DNA of 64,000 bases from the NCBI GenBank assembly GCA_965221165.1, contig CBDCRP010000002.1, forward strand, positions 320,001 to 384,000, given 5' to 3'. Below, in pieces: positions 1 through 9,963 of the stretch. The notes under the pieces were generated by a model. That model did not search any database and was not told where the DNA came from. It saw nothing but the letters and a program-made list of their open reading frames with translations. This DNA is from a bacterium (GTDB lineage: Bacteria > UBA8248). How positions within the stretch are numbered: position 1 is the first letter of the stretch; each line of letters starts with the position of its first letter. The position numbers were made by a program, and so were the translations under genes.

Positions 1-128
1 CCGAAGCGATGGGCCTTCAAATAGCGTTCAGCTTCTACGCCTCGATGTTCGCCGTCGGCGGATGCATCGCCATCTTCCTGCATAGGCAAAGCGTTCTTCA
101 GCCCCAGGCGCACGGGGGCAGAATATGA
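1..128 (+). CDS. 3' end of a membrane protein, probably an MFS transporter (partial)
   Basis: Frame 3 reads EAMGLQIAFSFYASMFAVGGCIAIFLHRQ...GGRI* (a final TM helix). The stop TGA at 126-128 overlaps the next ATG at 125 (ATGA). Confidence 0.55.
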   Translation, partial: EAMGLQIAFSFYASMFAVGGCIAIFLHRQSVLQPQAHGGRI

Positions 129-1324
129 GCCGGGCGGGAGAGATCGACGCGAGTCTAGGCACGGAAGGCGCGGCGCAGAAGATTCCCTGGGGGGCGCTCG
201 CCATCCTGTTCACCGCGCATTTCGTGGTGGACGGCACGGTGAATTTCATAGCACCTCTGCTGCCGCTGATTCGGGAGAAATTTCAGGTCTCACTCTCCAC
301 GGGCGGCCTGCTCCTTACGTTCGTCTCGATGAGCGCGGCGCTCTCACAACCCGTGACGGCGATTCTCGTGGACCGCTGGCCGGGCCTCCCCTGGCTCGCC
401 GTGGGGATGGTGGGCAGCGCGCTCTTCATCACCTCCATCGGTTGGGCGCCCAATTTCACGGTGCTCACCATCATGGTCGCCATCGGCGGCTCGATGGTCG
501 GCCTGTGTCATCCCGACATGGCGTCGCGCGCGGGCGCGCTCTCGGAGCACCGCAAAGGGCTGGTGGTGAGCGTTTTCATCGCCGGAGGGCGCGTGGGCCA
601 CGGGCTGGGACCCATCATCGCCATCGGCATCGTCTCGCTCGGGGGCATGAAATGGCTCTGGGCGTTCACCCTCGTCGCCTTCGCGATGGCTCTGGCGGTC
701 AAATATGGACTGCCGGAACCCGAATCGCCCCCCACGAGCGGCGGGAAGGCCTCGATATGGGATTTCGTGGAGGCGCTGCGCTCAGCGGGCACGCCGCTGC
801 TCCTGCTCTCGGGCGTCACCATTTGCCGCGCCATCGTGAACATCAACTTCATCAGCCTCATACCCTCGCTTTATGCCGAACACGGCATGAGCATCTGGAG
901 CGGGGGAGCGGCCAGCGCCATCATGTTGATCTCGGGCGCAGTGGGCGTCCTGGCGGGCGGTTTTTTGGGAGATCGTTTCGGAAAAAAAGAGCTTATCGTC
1001 GGCGGTATCGGGCTGGGGGCCTTGTGCGTCTGCGCTTTTTTGATTGCGCCGCCCGAGTGGGGCTTCGTGCTTCTGGGTTTCCTGGGCGTCGCCACCTACC
1101 TCCCGATGGGGGTGACGATGGCCTTCGCCCAGCAACTGATGCCTCACAATCGGGGTCTGGCCAGTTCCATCACGCTCGGCCTCTCGTGGTTCATCGCGAG
1201 CCTTTCGGTCTATCCGATGTCCGTTCTCGGCGAGTGGTTCGGCCTGGCCAACGCCTTCTGGGCGCTGCCCGGCTTTTTCATCGCCGCGTGCGCGTTCGCC
1301 TGCTTCCTGCCGAAAGTCCGCTGA
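125..1324 (+). CDS. MFS transporter (Fsr/fosmidomycin-resistance-like)
   Basis: 399 aa, about 12 hydrophobic segments. Motifs HFVVDG..NFIAPLLP, HP..A and GGFLGDRFGKK. Confidence 0.85.
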   Translation: MSRAGEIDASLGTEGAAQKIPWGALAILFTAHFVVDGTVNFIAPLLPLIREKFQVSLSTGGLLLTFVSMSAALSQPVTAILVDRWPGLPWLAVGMVGSALFITSIGWAPNFTVLTIMVAIGGSMVGLCHPDMASRAGALSEHRKGLVVSVFIAGGRVGHGLGPIIAIGIVSLGGMKWLWAFTLVAFAMALAVKYGLPEPESPPTSGGKASIWDFVEALRSAGTPLLLLSGVTICRAIVNINFISLIPSLYAEHGMSIWSGGAASAIMLISGAVGVLAGGFLGDRFGKKELIVGGIGLGALCVCAFLIAPPEWGFVLLGFLGVATYLPMGVTMAFAQQLMPHNRGLASSITLGLSWFIASLSVYPMSVLGEWFGLANAFWALPGFFIAACAFACFLPKVR

Positions 1325-1339
1325 CGCCAGCGCGCGCAT

Positions 1340-1373
1340 AAAAAAAGACGGCCCCGAAGAGCCGCCTTTTTTT
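1340..1373. terminator. Bidirectional intrinsic terminator
   Basis: A7-GACGGC-loop-GCCGCC-T7 between convergent genes. Confidence 0.7.
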
Positions 1374-1385
1374 GTTTCGCTTCGT

Positions 1386-2024
1386 TTAAGCCGTAACGGC
1401 CTGCTCGGCGAGCAACTCATCGAGCACACGATCGACTCTGGGCTGCTCCGTCCAACTCGCCTTGTAGGCGATGTTCCCGTCCTTGTCGATGACGAAGACC
1501 ATGTTCGGCATGCGGCCATAGGCGTTCACCACCGTCTCGTCGACGTCATCCACCAGAACGGGAATTTTCATGCCGAATTCCGCCACCAACTCCTTCGCAT
1601 AATCTATCTTGTGCTCGAAAGAAGTGTGCTGGGAGTATTTTTTGAAGTACTTGCGCTCCTGCGCGTGGGGCTCTTTCGAATAGACGACGAAGAACTCGAC
1701 GTCCTTGTCCTCGTAGCGCTCATGCAACTCGTCCATGCCCGGCACCTGCCGGCGGAAGGGAGGTCACGTGATGGCGCCGAACTCCAGGACGACGTTCTTC
1801 TTCCCGCGAAAATCGGCCAAATCCACGAGTTCGCCCGACGTGCTCTCAAGCTTCACCGGAGGCGCGGGCCGGCCGGGTTTCAACTGATCCTCAAACGCCT
1901 TGTGGCGGACCTTTCTGAATCCGCTCATTTCGCGCTTGATCATCAAAAACGGATCCAGATACCAGAGGCTCCACAAGCCTCCCAAAGGGCCGGGCGGCCT
2001 GTCGATATATTCTTCTTTCTGCAT
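1386..2024 (-). CDS. Deiodinase-like thioredoxin-fold selenoprotein (in-frame UGA read as Sec at 1766-1764)
   Basis: ORFs 1764-2024 and 1386-1745 are in the same frame and joined by one TGA, giving VLEFGAIT-U-PPFRRQVPGMDEL...VVYSKEPH. This matches the deiodinase motifs FGSCTUPPF and YIEEAH. 212 aa. Confidence 0.88.
1731..1763 (-). promoter_or_regulatory. Putative bacterial SECIS element
   Basis: Hairpin CCGGC-AGGT-GCCGG (1752-1739) starts 11 nt after the UGA. It has a G-containing apical loop and an extendable lower stem. Confidence 0.7.
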
Positions 2025-2132
2025 CTAACAATCTCCTATAGAATGATGAATGGCGAAAGGAAAAATTAGTCTATTCCCGGGTTTTTGTCGATTCGCCCGC
2101 TGAAGCGGCTTCTGGCGCAAGAGTAGCCGGGA

Positions 2133-2906
2133 CTAGGATGAGCTTGGGCCTCTCTCGAAGGCGCTCCAGTAGACGTCCATCACCCTTTTGAAGCCCACGC
2201 TTTCGAATACGCGCTCGGAAGCCTCGTTTCCCCCCACGATGTAGCAATACGCCTCGCGCCCCCTGGCGAATCGCTCCTCGACCAGGGCGGACACCACCAC
2301 GCGCGCGAGGCCCTGGCCGCGGAAGCGACCCATCGTGTGCAGCATGCCGAGCGAACCGTTCGCATGAACCACCATGTAGGAGGCGAGTTCGCCGCCGATG
2401 CGTATCGCCGCCGTCGACCCGTTTTGGATTCTCGCCAGGGCGTATTCCTCCCCCTGGTCGTAGGGTGAATTCTCGGCCAGCATCTTCGCATCCTCAGTTA
2501 GCAGGCTTTCGATGCGGTGCGTGCTGAAGACGGGCCTGAAATCCTTTTTCTCGAGAATGAACATGCCCACGGGCGAACCCCGGATGAGTTTTCTTCGCCT
2601 CTCAACTGCCTTTTGAATCTCGATCGGGACGGAGGAGAGCTTGAGATAGCCCTCGCTCCGCTCCATCTGGGCCGATAGGCGCTCCATCTCTTCGAGTTTC
2701 GAGAGGACGGCTTCAGGAGGCCCCAGCGGCGTGAGCCAGCCGCGCCCAGCGTTCACCGCCATCTGCGGCGCGGCGAGGTCGTCCACCCAGAGGGAGAGGG
2801 ATTCTCCCCCCTCGGCGATGGCCTCAGAGAAACGCACCCTGAGCGGACCCTGCGCGCTTAAGAATTTTTGGAAAGATCCGCCCTGGGGGTTCTCCAATCG
2901 AAACAA
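2133..2906 (-). CDS. GNAT family N-acetyltransferase (FR47-like C-terminal domain)
   Basis: LGMLHT..RFRGQGLA acetyl-CoA motif and N.AS.RVFESVGF. Confidence 0.8.
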   Translation of the reverse strand: MFRLENPQGGSFQKFLSAQGPLRVRFSEAIAEGGESLSLWVDDLAAPQMAVNAGRGWLTPLGPPEAVLSKLEEMERLSAQMERSEGYLKLSSVPIEIQKAVERRRKLIRGSPVGMFILEKKDFRPVFSTHRIESLLTEDAKMLAENSPYDQGEEYALARIQNGSTAAIRIGGELASYMVVHANGSLGMLHTMGRFRGQGLARVVVSALVEERFARGREAYCYIVGGNEASERVFESVGFKRVMDVYWSAFERGPSSS

Positions 2907-3025
2907 TTTCCGCTACACTCCCCTGCTGATGAAAAACGCCGCCCTTTCGGAGGAGTGATTATACCCGCTCATCCTCCCGAATGCAGAGACGGGGAATCTC
3001 AAAACAAAGCGCCTCAGGAGAGAAA

Positions 3026-4099
3026 ATGAAGGAATACCGCATCATCACCATCCCGGGGGACGGGATCGGCCCCGAGCTCATGGAATCCACCACTGCCGTC
3101 CTCGAAGCCGTGCAGGGGGCGGACGAGACCTTGAGGCTGAAACTGGAAGAACATGAAGCGGGAGCCGCCCGGTACGCCAAGCATGGGAAACGCATCAGCG
3201 ATGAAACCATACAGGCTTGCCGCGAGGCGGACGGCGTCCTCAAAGCGCCCGTGGGGAATCCGGCGGTTCGCACGCCGGAGGGCACCGAGGCGGGGCTTCT
3301 GGGCGGAGTTCTGAGAACGGGGCTCGATCTGTTCGCCAACATGCGGCCCGTGAAACTCTACCCGGGCATCCGGAGCCCCCTGGCGGGCTATGAAGCCGGC
3401 GGCATCGATTACGTCGTGATTCGCGAGAACACGGAGGGTCTCTACGCCTCGCGCGACAAGGGAGTCGGCGGCCCCAACGCCGTGGCCGACACCATGATCA
3501 TCACCCGCCCGGGAGTGGAGCGCGTCGTGCGGTTCGCCTTCGAACTCGCGCGTAAAAGAAACGGCGCGCCCGAAGACGGCGTCAGGCGCGTCACCTGCGT
3601 GGACAAGAGCAACGTACTTCGCTCCATGGCCCTGTTCCGCGAGGTATTCTTTGAAGTCGCGGCCGAGTATCCCGAGGTCGAGGCGGAAGCGGTGTATTCG
3701 GACGCCTGCGCCAACCATCTGGTGATTCGCCCGGCGCACTACGACGTGCTGGTGATGGAGAACATGCTGGGAGATTTGCTCAGCGACCTAGGCGGCGCTA
3801 CGGCCGGCGGCCTCGGCATGTGCCCCTCGGGGAACATCGGGGAGAAATTCGCCTTTTTCGAGGCGGTTCACGGCTCGGCCCCCGACATCGCCGGCCAGGG
3901 AATCGCAAACCCTCTGAGCCTCGTTCTCTCCGCCGCCCTCATGCTCGCCCACATCGGGGAGAGCGAAGCCGCGAACCAGATAGAAACCAGTGTGTGGGAA
4001 GCGCTCGAGGCCGGGGAGATTCGCCTGGACGGCAAAGGACGCTCCATCGACGGCACCAAAGCCATCACCGATGCGGTGTGCGCCCGCCTGAGGGGATGA
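3026..4099 (+). CDS. Isocitrate/isopropylmalate dehydrogenase family protein
   Basis: IPGDGIGPE, RENTEGLY, VDKSNV, ENMLGDLLSD and FEAVHGSAPDIAGQGIANP. SD AGGAG precedes ATG 3026. Confidence 0.9.
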   Translation: MKEYRIITIPGDGIGPELMESTTAVLEAVQGADETLRLKLEEHEAGAARYAKHGKRISDETIQACREADGVLKAPVGNPAVRTPEGTEAGLLGGVLRTGLDLFANMRPVKLYPGIRSPLAGYEAGGIDYVVIRENTEGLYASRDKGVGGPNAVADTMIITRPGVERVVRFAFELARKRNGAPEDGVRRVTCVDKSNVLRSMALFREVFFEVAAEYPEVEAEAVYSDACANHLVIRPAHYDVLVMENMLGDLLSDLGGATAGGLGMCPSGNIGEKFAFFEAVHGSAPDIAGQGIANPLSLVLSAALMLAHIGESEAANQIETSVWEALEAGEIRLDGKGRSIDGTKAITDAVCARLRG

Positions 4100-4106
4100 G
4101 TGCAGG

Positions 4107-4793
4107 TTAGGAAAACCGCTCGCGCAGGAGCGTCCATACGGCGATAAAACCGTCTCGCCAGGTTATCTTCTTTCCCTCCGCGTAGGTGCGCCCGTAGTAG
4201 GAAATCGGAACCTCGTAGATGCGCCACTTCGCGGGTTTCAGGATTTTTGCGGTGAACTCCGGCTCGAAATCGAACCCTTTGGCCCGGATTTTGATGTCCT
4301 TCACCACCTCGCGCCGGAACATCTTGTAGCAGGTTTCCATGTCGGTGAGCGTGCAGTTGAACAATATGTTGGCCAGGGTGGTCAGCATATGGTTGCCCAC
4401 CTTGTGCCAGAACATGTGCACGCGCTGGGGTTTTCCTCCAAAACGCGTTCCGTACACCACGTCGGCCGCTCCTCGGCGTATCGGATCATACAAATCACCG
4501 AATTCGGCGGGGTCGTATTCGAGATCGGCATCCTGAACGACGATCACGTCCCCGCCGGCCGCTGCGAAGCCATCGCACAGAGCGGCTCCTTTGCCTTCGT
4601 TTTTCTCCCGGTAAATGACGCGCACGCCGTCGTTTTCGATTTCAGCCAGGATGTCGCGGGTGCCGTCCGTGCTGCCGTCATCCACGATGAGGAGTTCGAT
4701 GTTCATCGGCACCGCCTGGACGCGTGAGACGATTTCGCGAATCGTGTCGCGCTCGTTGTAGCACGGCATCACAACGCTCAGTAAATCGGGCAT
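4107..4793 (-). CDS. Glycosyltransferase family 2 (DPM1/polyprenol-phosphate GT-like)
   Basis: LSVVMPCYNE, VDDGSTDGT, GKGAAL, QDADLEYDP and DMETCYK. The start could be as far upstream as 4841. Confidence 0.9.
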   Translation of the reverse strand: MPDLLSVVMPCYNERDTIREIVSRVQAVPMNIELLIVDDGSTDGTRDILAEIENDGVRVIYREKNEGKGAALCDGFAAAGGDVIVVQDADLEYDPAEFGDLYDPIRRGAADVVYGTRFGGKPQRVHMFWHKVGNHMLTTLANILFNCTLTDMETCYKMFRREVVKDIKIRAKGFDFEPEFTAKILKPAKWRIYEVPISYYGRTYAEGKKITWRDGFIAVWTLLRERFS

Positions 4794-5009
4794 CCGGCCA
4801 TCATCGTTCACGACAGTTCTCCCCATCTGAGGGTCGAGCACTCCATGTAATCTACGCTGGCATCGCGCGAAAGACTACATGCTCCCCCCCGCACGGTCAA
4901 TTTGTTTTTTCAGCGCCTACGGCTCTCCGGCTTGGCAAGCGCCGCCCCCCCGTGAGAGTATTCGCCTCCAAGTGTTTATCGAAAATCACCACAATTCCGG
5001 GATCATCAA

Positions 5010-6137
5010 ATGCCGTCACCTCTGATTGAACGAATGAAGACGCTGTGCTCCCTGCCCGGCCCGCCCGGCCACGAGGGCGCCGTGAGAGACGCCATCGCGG
5101 AGATGGTGAAAGACAGCGCGAGCGAGTTGCGGCGCGACGCCATTGGAAACCTCATCGCCCGCCACGAAGCGAACGAGGCGGCGCCTCACCTCCTCCTGGA
5201 ATGCCATATGGACGAGGTAGGCCTCATCGTCACGCGCGTGGAGGCGGGCGGCGCGATCAGGTTTGAAAAAGTGGGCTTCGTGGCGGATGCGATTTTTCCG
5301 GGACGCGAAGTCGCGCTCCTGACGCTGGACGGGAACCTTCACCGCGGGGTCGTCAACGTGCGGAGCGGACACCTCCAGTCCTTACAGGGCCAGGAACATC
5401 CCGGCGTCGATGAGATGTGGATAGACTTGGGCGCCTCGGGTGATGAAAAAATTCGCGCGCTCGGAATCGAAGCGGGCACGCCGGGCGTATTCCACGGCCC
5501 TTTCACGCAGCTACCCGGAGGAGCGTGGAAATCGAAGGCGGTGGACAACCGCTCGGGCTGCGCCCTGTGCGTGGAGGCGTTCATCAACACGGCCAACTCC
5601 TTGTCGGACAAGCTCCGCCTGAGCGCCGCCTTTTGCGCCCAGGAGGAAATCGGCGGACGCGGCGCTTCGGTGCTTTCACTCGGTGAAAAAGGGGACGACC
5701 CGCCCTCTCTCGCCATCGTGCTCGACAACGTGCCCTCCGACGGTCCGGGCCGCTCCGACGCCCGGGGCTCCAAGATCGGAGCGGGGCCGGTATTGAGGAG
5801 ATACGACCACCAGCCCATGAGCCTGTACGGCTACATCACCCCGCCCGAGTTGATCCGGTGGGTAAAAGACACGGCGAGCGACGCCCGCGTGCCCTTACAG
5901 GAAGACGTGTTCCTGGGCACTTTTCTGGATTCCGCCACCTTGAGCAAATCCCGGCCGGGCGGATTGCCCACCGTGCCGATAAATCTGCCCAGGCGTTATT
6001 CCCATAGTCCGGTGGAGACCTTCATGGAATCCGACCTGGAAGCCACAGCCGCGCTCATCGGCGCTCTTTTGCGCTCCGCCGCCGAGGGAGGAGCGCCGAA
6101 CCTGAGGCGGGACTATCTGTCACCCTCTGATGCGTAA
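5010..6137 (+). CDS. M42 family metallopeptidase/aminopeptidase
   Basis: HMDEVG, KAVDNRSG, QEEIGGRGA and RYSHSPVE. Confidence 0.85.
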   Translation: MPSPLIERMKTLCSLPGPPGHEGAVRDAIAEMVKDSASELRRDAIGNLIARHEANEAAPHLLLECHMDEVGLIVTRVEAGGAIRFEKVGFVADAIFPGREVALLTLDGNLHRGVVNVRSGHLQSLQGQEHPGVDEMWIDLGASGDEKIRALGIEAGTPGVFHGPFTQLPGGAWKSKAVDNRSGCALCVEAFINTANSLSDKLRLSAAFCAQEEIGGRGASVLSLGEKGDDPPSLAIVLDNVPSDGPGRSDARGSKIGAGPVLRRYDHQPMSLYGYITPPELIRWVKDTASDARVPLQEDVFLGTFLDSATLSKSRPGGLPTVPINLPRRYSHSPVETFMESDLEATAALIGALLRSAAEGGAPNLRRDYLSPSDA

Positions 6138-6175
6138 AATCTCACGAAAACCGTATTCCTGGAGAAACGAAACCT

Positions 6176-7027
6176 GTGTCGAAAGTAATTCGCGTCGCGC
6201 ATAGCCCGGATTCGGACGATGCCTTCATGTTCCACGCCCTGGCGAACGAAAAGATCGCGCAGGGTGCGTATGAGTTCACCCATAAGCTCCATGACATCGA
6301 AACGCTGAACCAGGCCGCTTTCGAGGGCAAATACGAGGTGAGCGCCATCAGCTTTCACGCGTATTGCCATCTCGCCGATCGCTACGCCATTTTGCCGCAC
6401 GGGGCGAGTTTTGGGGACGACTATGGCCCCGTCATCATCTCGCGCGAGCCGATGACGCCAGAGGCGCTCCGGGATGTGGAAATCGCCATCCCCGGCCTGC
6501 TGACGACGGCCTATCTCACGCTCCGCCTTTACCTGGGGGGCGAGGAGCCGAAACACCGCGTGGTGCATTTCGACCAAATCATGGACGAGGTGAAAACAGG
6601 AGCCTCGCAGGCGGGTCTTTTGATTCACGAGGGCCAGCTCACCTTTGAGGAGGAGGGCTTCCATCTCGTGGAGGATCTGGGCAAGTGGTGGATGCGCGAA
6701 ACCGGCGGCCCCCTGCCCCTGGGGTGCAACGTCATCCGGAAAGATTTAGGGCCCGAGGTCGTGGGCGAGGTGAGCCGCCTGCTTCACCAAAGCATCGTCT
6801 ACGCGCTCGAGAACCGCGAGGAGGCGCTCGACCACGCCATGGCCTACGCCAGAGACTTACCGCGCGAGAAGGCGGACGTTTTCGTCGGCATGTACGTGAA
6901 CGAGTGGACGCGCTCATACGGCGACGCCGGGCGCAAGGCCGTCTCCACCCTGTTGGGCCGCGCAGCGGAGGCGGGCATCATCCCCGCAAGGATAGAGCCG
7001 GAGTTCATATCCTCACCCACCGACTGA
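6176..7027 (+). CDS. mqnD: 1,4-dihydroxy-6-naphthoate synthase (futalosine menaquinone pathway)
   Basis: AHSPDSDDAFMF, DIETLN, GLLIHEGQLT, PLPLG and MYVNEWT. Confidence 0.85.
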   Translation: MSKVIRVAHSPDSDDAFMFHALANEKIAQGAYEFTHKLHDIETLNQAAFEGKYEVSAISFHAYCHLADRYAILPHGASFGDDYGPVIISREPMTPEALRDVEIAIPGLLTTAYLTLRLYLGGEEPKHRVVHFDQIMDEVKTGASQAGLLIHEGQLTFEEEGFHLVEDLGKWWMRETGGPLPLGCNVIRKDLGPEVVGEVSRLLHQSIVYALENREEALDHAMAYARDLPREKADVFVGMYVNEWTRSYGDAGRKAVSTLLGRAAEAGIIPARIEPEFISSPTD

Positions 7028-7044
7028 AAAGCGGAGGCGGATTC

Positions 7045-7428
7045 ATGCTGGAGGGAATGCACCACATATCCATCAGCGTCGATGATCTGGAAGAAGCGCG
7101 CGATTTTTACGCCGGTCTTCTCGAACTTGCGGAAATCGACCGCCCGAACCTGCCGAACCCAGGCTACTGGTTCCAGGCGGGCGCCTGCCAGCTTCATCTC
7201 ACGGGTCGCCGGGATCGCGCGAGCGAAACGAGCATCCCGGGCACCGGTGCGGGCGAAACCCACTTCGCCTTCGCGGCGTCTGATCTGGAACCCGTGAAAC
7301 GAAGGCTGGAAATAGCGGGCGTGGACGTAAAAGACGGCGTCAACGCCGGGCTGGGACTGCGGCAACTTTTCTTCAGAGACCCCTCGGACAACCTCGTGGA
7401 AGTGTTCTGCACGCTGGACGAGTCTTGA
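7045..7428 (+). CDS. VOC/glyoxalase family protein
   Basis: MHHISISVDDL, HFAF and QLFFRDPSDNLVE. SD GGAGG precedes ATG 7045. Confidence 0.85.
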   Translation: MLEGMHHISISVDDLEEARDFYAGLLELAEIDRPNLPNPGYWFQAGACQLHLTGRRDRASETSIPGTGAGETHFAFAASDLEPVKRRLEIAGVDVKDGVNAGLGLRQLFFRDPSDNLVEVFCTLDES

Positions 7429-7432
7429 AACC

Positions 7433-7861
7433 ATGAAGCGAAACAGATTTCACCTGGCCGGGGCCGTGCCCTGGCGAAAAACGGAAGACGGGCTGAAAAT
7501 CCTCCTCATCACCACGCGCGACAGGCCCTTGGACGACGACTATCCCTGGTGGATAGTGCCCCAGGGCGGCGTGGAGCCGGGGCAGACCGCTCAAGAGGCC
7601 GCCATCGTCGAAACCTGGGAGGAGGCGGGTGTTCGCGGAGTAGCGTCACAGGAGCCGTTCGCGTACTACGACTATCCCACCGGCACGGGCAGGTGTAGAG
7701 TCGACATCTTCGAGATAGAGGTCGAAGCCGTCGAGGACGACTGGCCCGAGAGCCATGAGAGAAGACGCGTCTGGCTCTCTGCCGAGGACGCCCTGGAAAC
7801 CATTTCGGGAGAAACGCTTAGAAGCATCCTGAGAGAATTCTTGAGGAGAATGGGGGTTTAG
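7433..7861 (+). CDS. NUDIX hydrolase (diphosphoinositol/Ap6A-hydrolase-like)
   Basis: Nudix box GGVEPGQTAQEAAIVETWEEAG and WPESHERRRVW. Confidence 0.85.
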   Translation: MKRNRFHLAGAVPWRKTEDGLKILLITTRDRPLDDDYPWWIVPQGGVEPGQTAQEAAIVETWEEAGVRGVASQEPFAYYDYPTGTGRCRVDIFEIEVEAVEDDWPESHERRRVWLSAEDALETISGETLRSILREFLRRMGV

Positions 7862-8553
7862 GGCTTTCGCGCCGCGATGAGCGCGCGGTTGTAGTGCAGA
7901 TACAGGGGCGCGGCCAAAAAGCCTGCGGCCGCAAGCCATTCGACTTGCTCATTCAGGCTTAAGGGGTAATCGCCCTTCCCGTCGTAGCGCTCGCGATATT
8001 CACCGAACGTCATCGGCGCATCCACCCCACGGTTCAATCGATTCCACACGCGCTCATATTCAGCGGGCAAGTCGTCAAAGCGCGGATCGATCCGATCGAG
8101 TATGTAAAAAGCTCCCCCCGGACGCAGGAGTTCGAACACTTTTTCATAAACCGCCCGTTTGCTCTCGTGGGTAATTTCATGCAGGGCCTGGCTGCTGAAA
8201 GCAGCCGCATAGGGCGCACCGGGAAACTCGACCGCTTCCAGATTGTTCATATCGCCCGGAATCGGGTGGTATCTGCTCTCATAAGCGCATAAACGCTCGG
8301 AGGCGAGCTTCAACATCTCCTCCGAACTATCGAGACACGCCACCCTCACATGGGGAATGCGCTCGAAAATGAGGGCTTCCACCTGGCCCGAGCCTGCGCC
8401 CAAGTCCAGAATCCACCCATCCTCCGTTCCCACGCCCTCCAGCAGGGTGATGAGCAGATCGAGTTGATTCGCCCGGTCGGGATTGTCCCGCGCGGCGTTC
8501 ACCGCATCCCAGTTTTGGGCGAAACTCCCCTCCCCCCAGGCGTCTTTCGCCAT
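7858..8553 (-). CDS. Class I SAM-dependent methyltransferase
   Basis: ILDLGAGSG, LDSSEEML, SQALHEI and LRPGG. The ATG overlaps the upstream TGA. Confidence 0.85.
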   Translation of the reverse strand: MAKDAWGEGSFAQNWDAVNAARDNPDRANQLDLLITLLEGVGTEDGWILDLGAGSGQVEALIFERIPHVRVACLDSSEEMLKLASERLCAYESRYHPIPGDMNNLEAVEFPGAPYAAAFSSQALHEITHESKRAVYEKVFELLRPGGAFYILDRIDPRFDDLPAEYERVWNRLNRGVDAPMTFGEYRERYDGKGDYPLSLNEQVEWLAAAGFLAAPLYLHYNRALIAARKP

Positions 8554-9935
8554 CAAGCGGCTCTGCAAGCGCTCATCAAGGCGTTTGCGTCCGGCGCCGT
8601 TTCGAATTCCAGTACGGCCTCCACGGCGGAATCGACATTGCCCTCAGGCAAAACGCGGCGCGCGTTTCCGCGAAACTTGGCCTCGACGTCCTCCCATTCC
8701 ATCGGGTTTTCCGGGTTTCCCCAGTTGACGGGTTCATCGCGCTCCAGGACGCGGCCGTCTTTGAGCGTCATCTTCACGCCGCCGTGCAGGTACTTTGGGA
8801 AGCGATCGGAATCCACTCCCGTGCACTTCACCTTCCCGGCGAGATCGAGCACCTGGGCGTCGCCTAAATGTTTTTCCTCGAAATCATCGAGCGTGGCCCG
8901 GCCCTTCACCACGTTGACCGCCAGGCAATAGGGCAGGCTGAAAAGGGCCGCATACTGCGTATTGGGCTTTCGCTTGTGCTCGATGGGTTCGCACACGATA
9001 TGGAGAATCGGCTCGGGCGTGATGGTCTCGATCTCATCGATCTCATCGATGGATATGCCCGCCTCGCGCACCAGGCTTTTCGCCGCGTCCATCGTCGCAT
9101 GATTGAAATGGCAGCAGGGATAGGGCTTGAACGAAATGCGCAGCGTCTCCCAGCGCTCGCCGAGTCCGCCCGCCAGGATTTCCGGGTCATAGGCCGGATC
9201 GCTCAAATGGGTGGCGTAGAGGCCGAACCTGCCCTCAAAGACTTTTCGGGGGCCCATGAACCCGTGGCCCGCCATCTGCGCGGCGGTGACGCCCGCATGA
9301 GAGGCCCACCCCGGATGGAAGCGCTTCACCCAGCTTCCATCGTCCAAGAATTCCTGAATTCCCGCCGCCTGGCTCCCGCACACGCCGAACGCGTTGGCTA
9401 TTTCCGCCGGTGCGTGCTTCATCAGACGCCCCATGATGGCCGCCGCCCCGAAAGCGCCGCATATGGGCGTGGCGTGGTAGCCCTCTGCATGAAACGCCCC
9501 CGGCACCGCGCCCCCGATTCTGGCGATGACCTCATAGCCCGCCACCATGGCCGCCAGGATGTCCTCCCCGCTCGCGCCGACGGCCTCGCCGGCGGCCAGG
9601 GCCGTTGGCACCACGCAGGCGCTCATGTGGGTGATGGAATCCGTATGGGTGTCGTCGAAATCAAGGCCGTGCACGTAGCTGCCGTTCACCATGGCGGTGT
9701 GCGCGACCGGCAGTTTGTCCCCGTATCGCCAAACGGTGGCCTGGGGCTTACCGCCCCAATCACGCGCCGTTTTCGTCACCGCGTCGGCGTAGGGCTCGCG
9801 TGTCGCGGCCAGGCCTATCCCCAAGGCGTCGAGAAGATGGCGTTTCGCCTTCTCGACCACCTGCTCGGGAATGTCTTCAAAAGATAAGTTCGCGGCGAAA
9901 CGCGCCAGCTTGTCGCTCATCGTTTCCATGTTCAT
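8553..9935 (-). CDS. MmgE/PrpD family protein
   Basis: HGLDFDDTH, GYEV, KRFHPG, KPYPCCHFNH and GNPENPM. Confidence 0.9.
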   Translation of the reverse strand: MNMETMSDKLARFAANLSFEDIPEQVVEKAKRHLLDALGIGLAATREPYADAVTKTARDWGGKPQATVWRYGDKLPVAHTAMVNGSYVHGLDFDDTHTDSITHMSACVVPTALAAGEAVGASGEDILAAMVAGYEVIARIGGAVPGAFHAEGYHATPICGAFGAAAIMGRLMKHAPAEIANAFGVCGSQAAGIQEFLDDGSWVKRFHPGWASHAGVTAAQMAGHGFMGPRKVFEGRFGLYATHLSDPAYDPEILAGGLGERWETLRISFKPYPCCHFNHATMDAAKSLVREAGISIDEIDEIETITPEPILHIVCEPIEHKRKPNTQYAALFSLPYCLAVNVVKGRATLDDFEEKHLGDAQVLDLAGKVKCTGVDSDRFPKYLHGGVKMTLKDGRVLERDEPVNWGNPENPMEWEDVEAKFRGNARRVLPEGNVDSAVEAVLEFETAPDANALMSACRAA

Positions 9936-9963
9936 CTCCTGAACTCGAATCCGGCTCTGCTCT

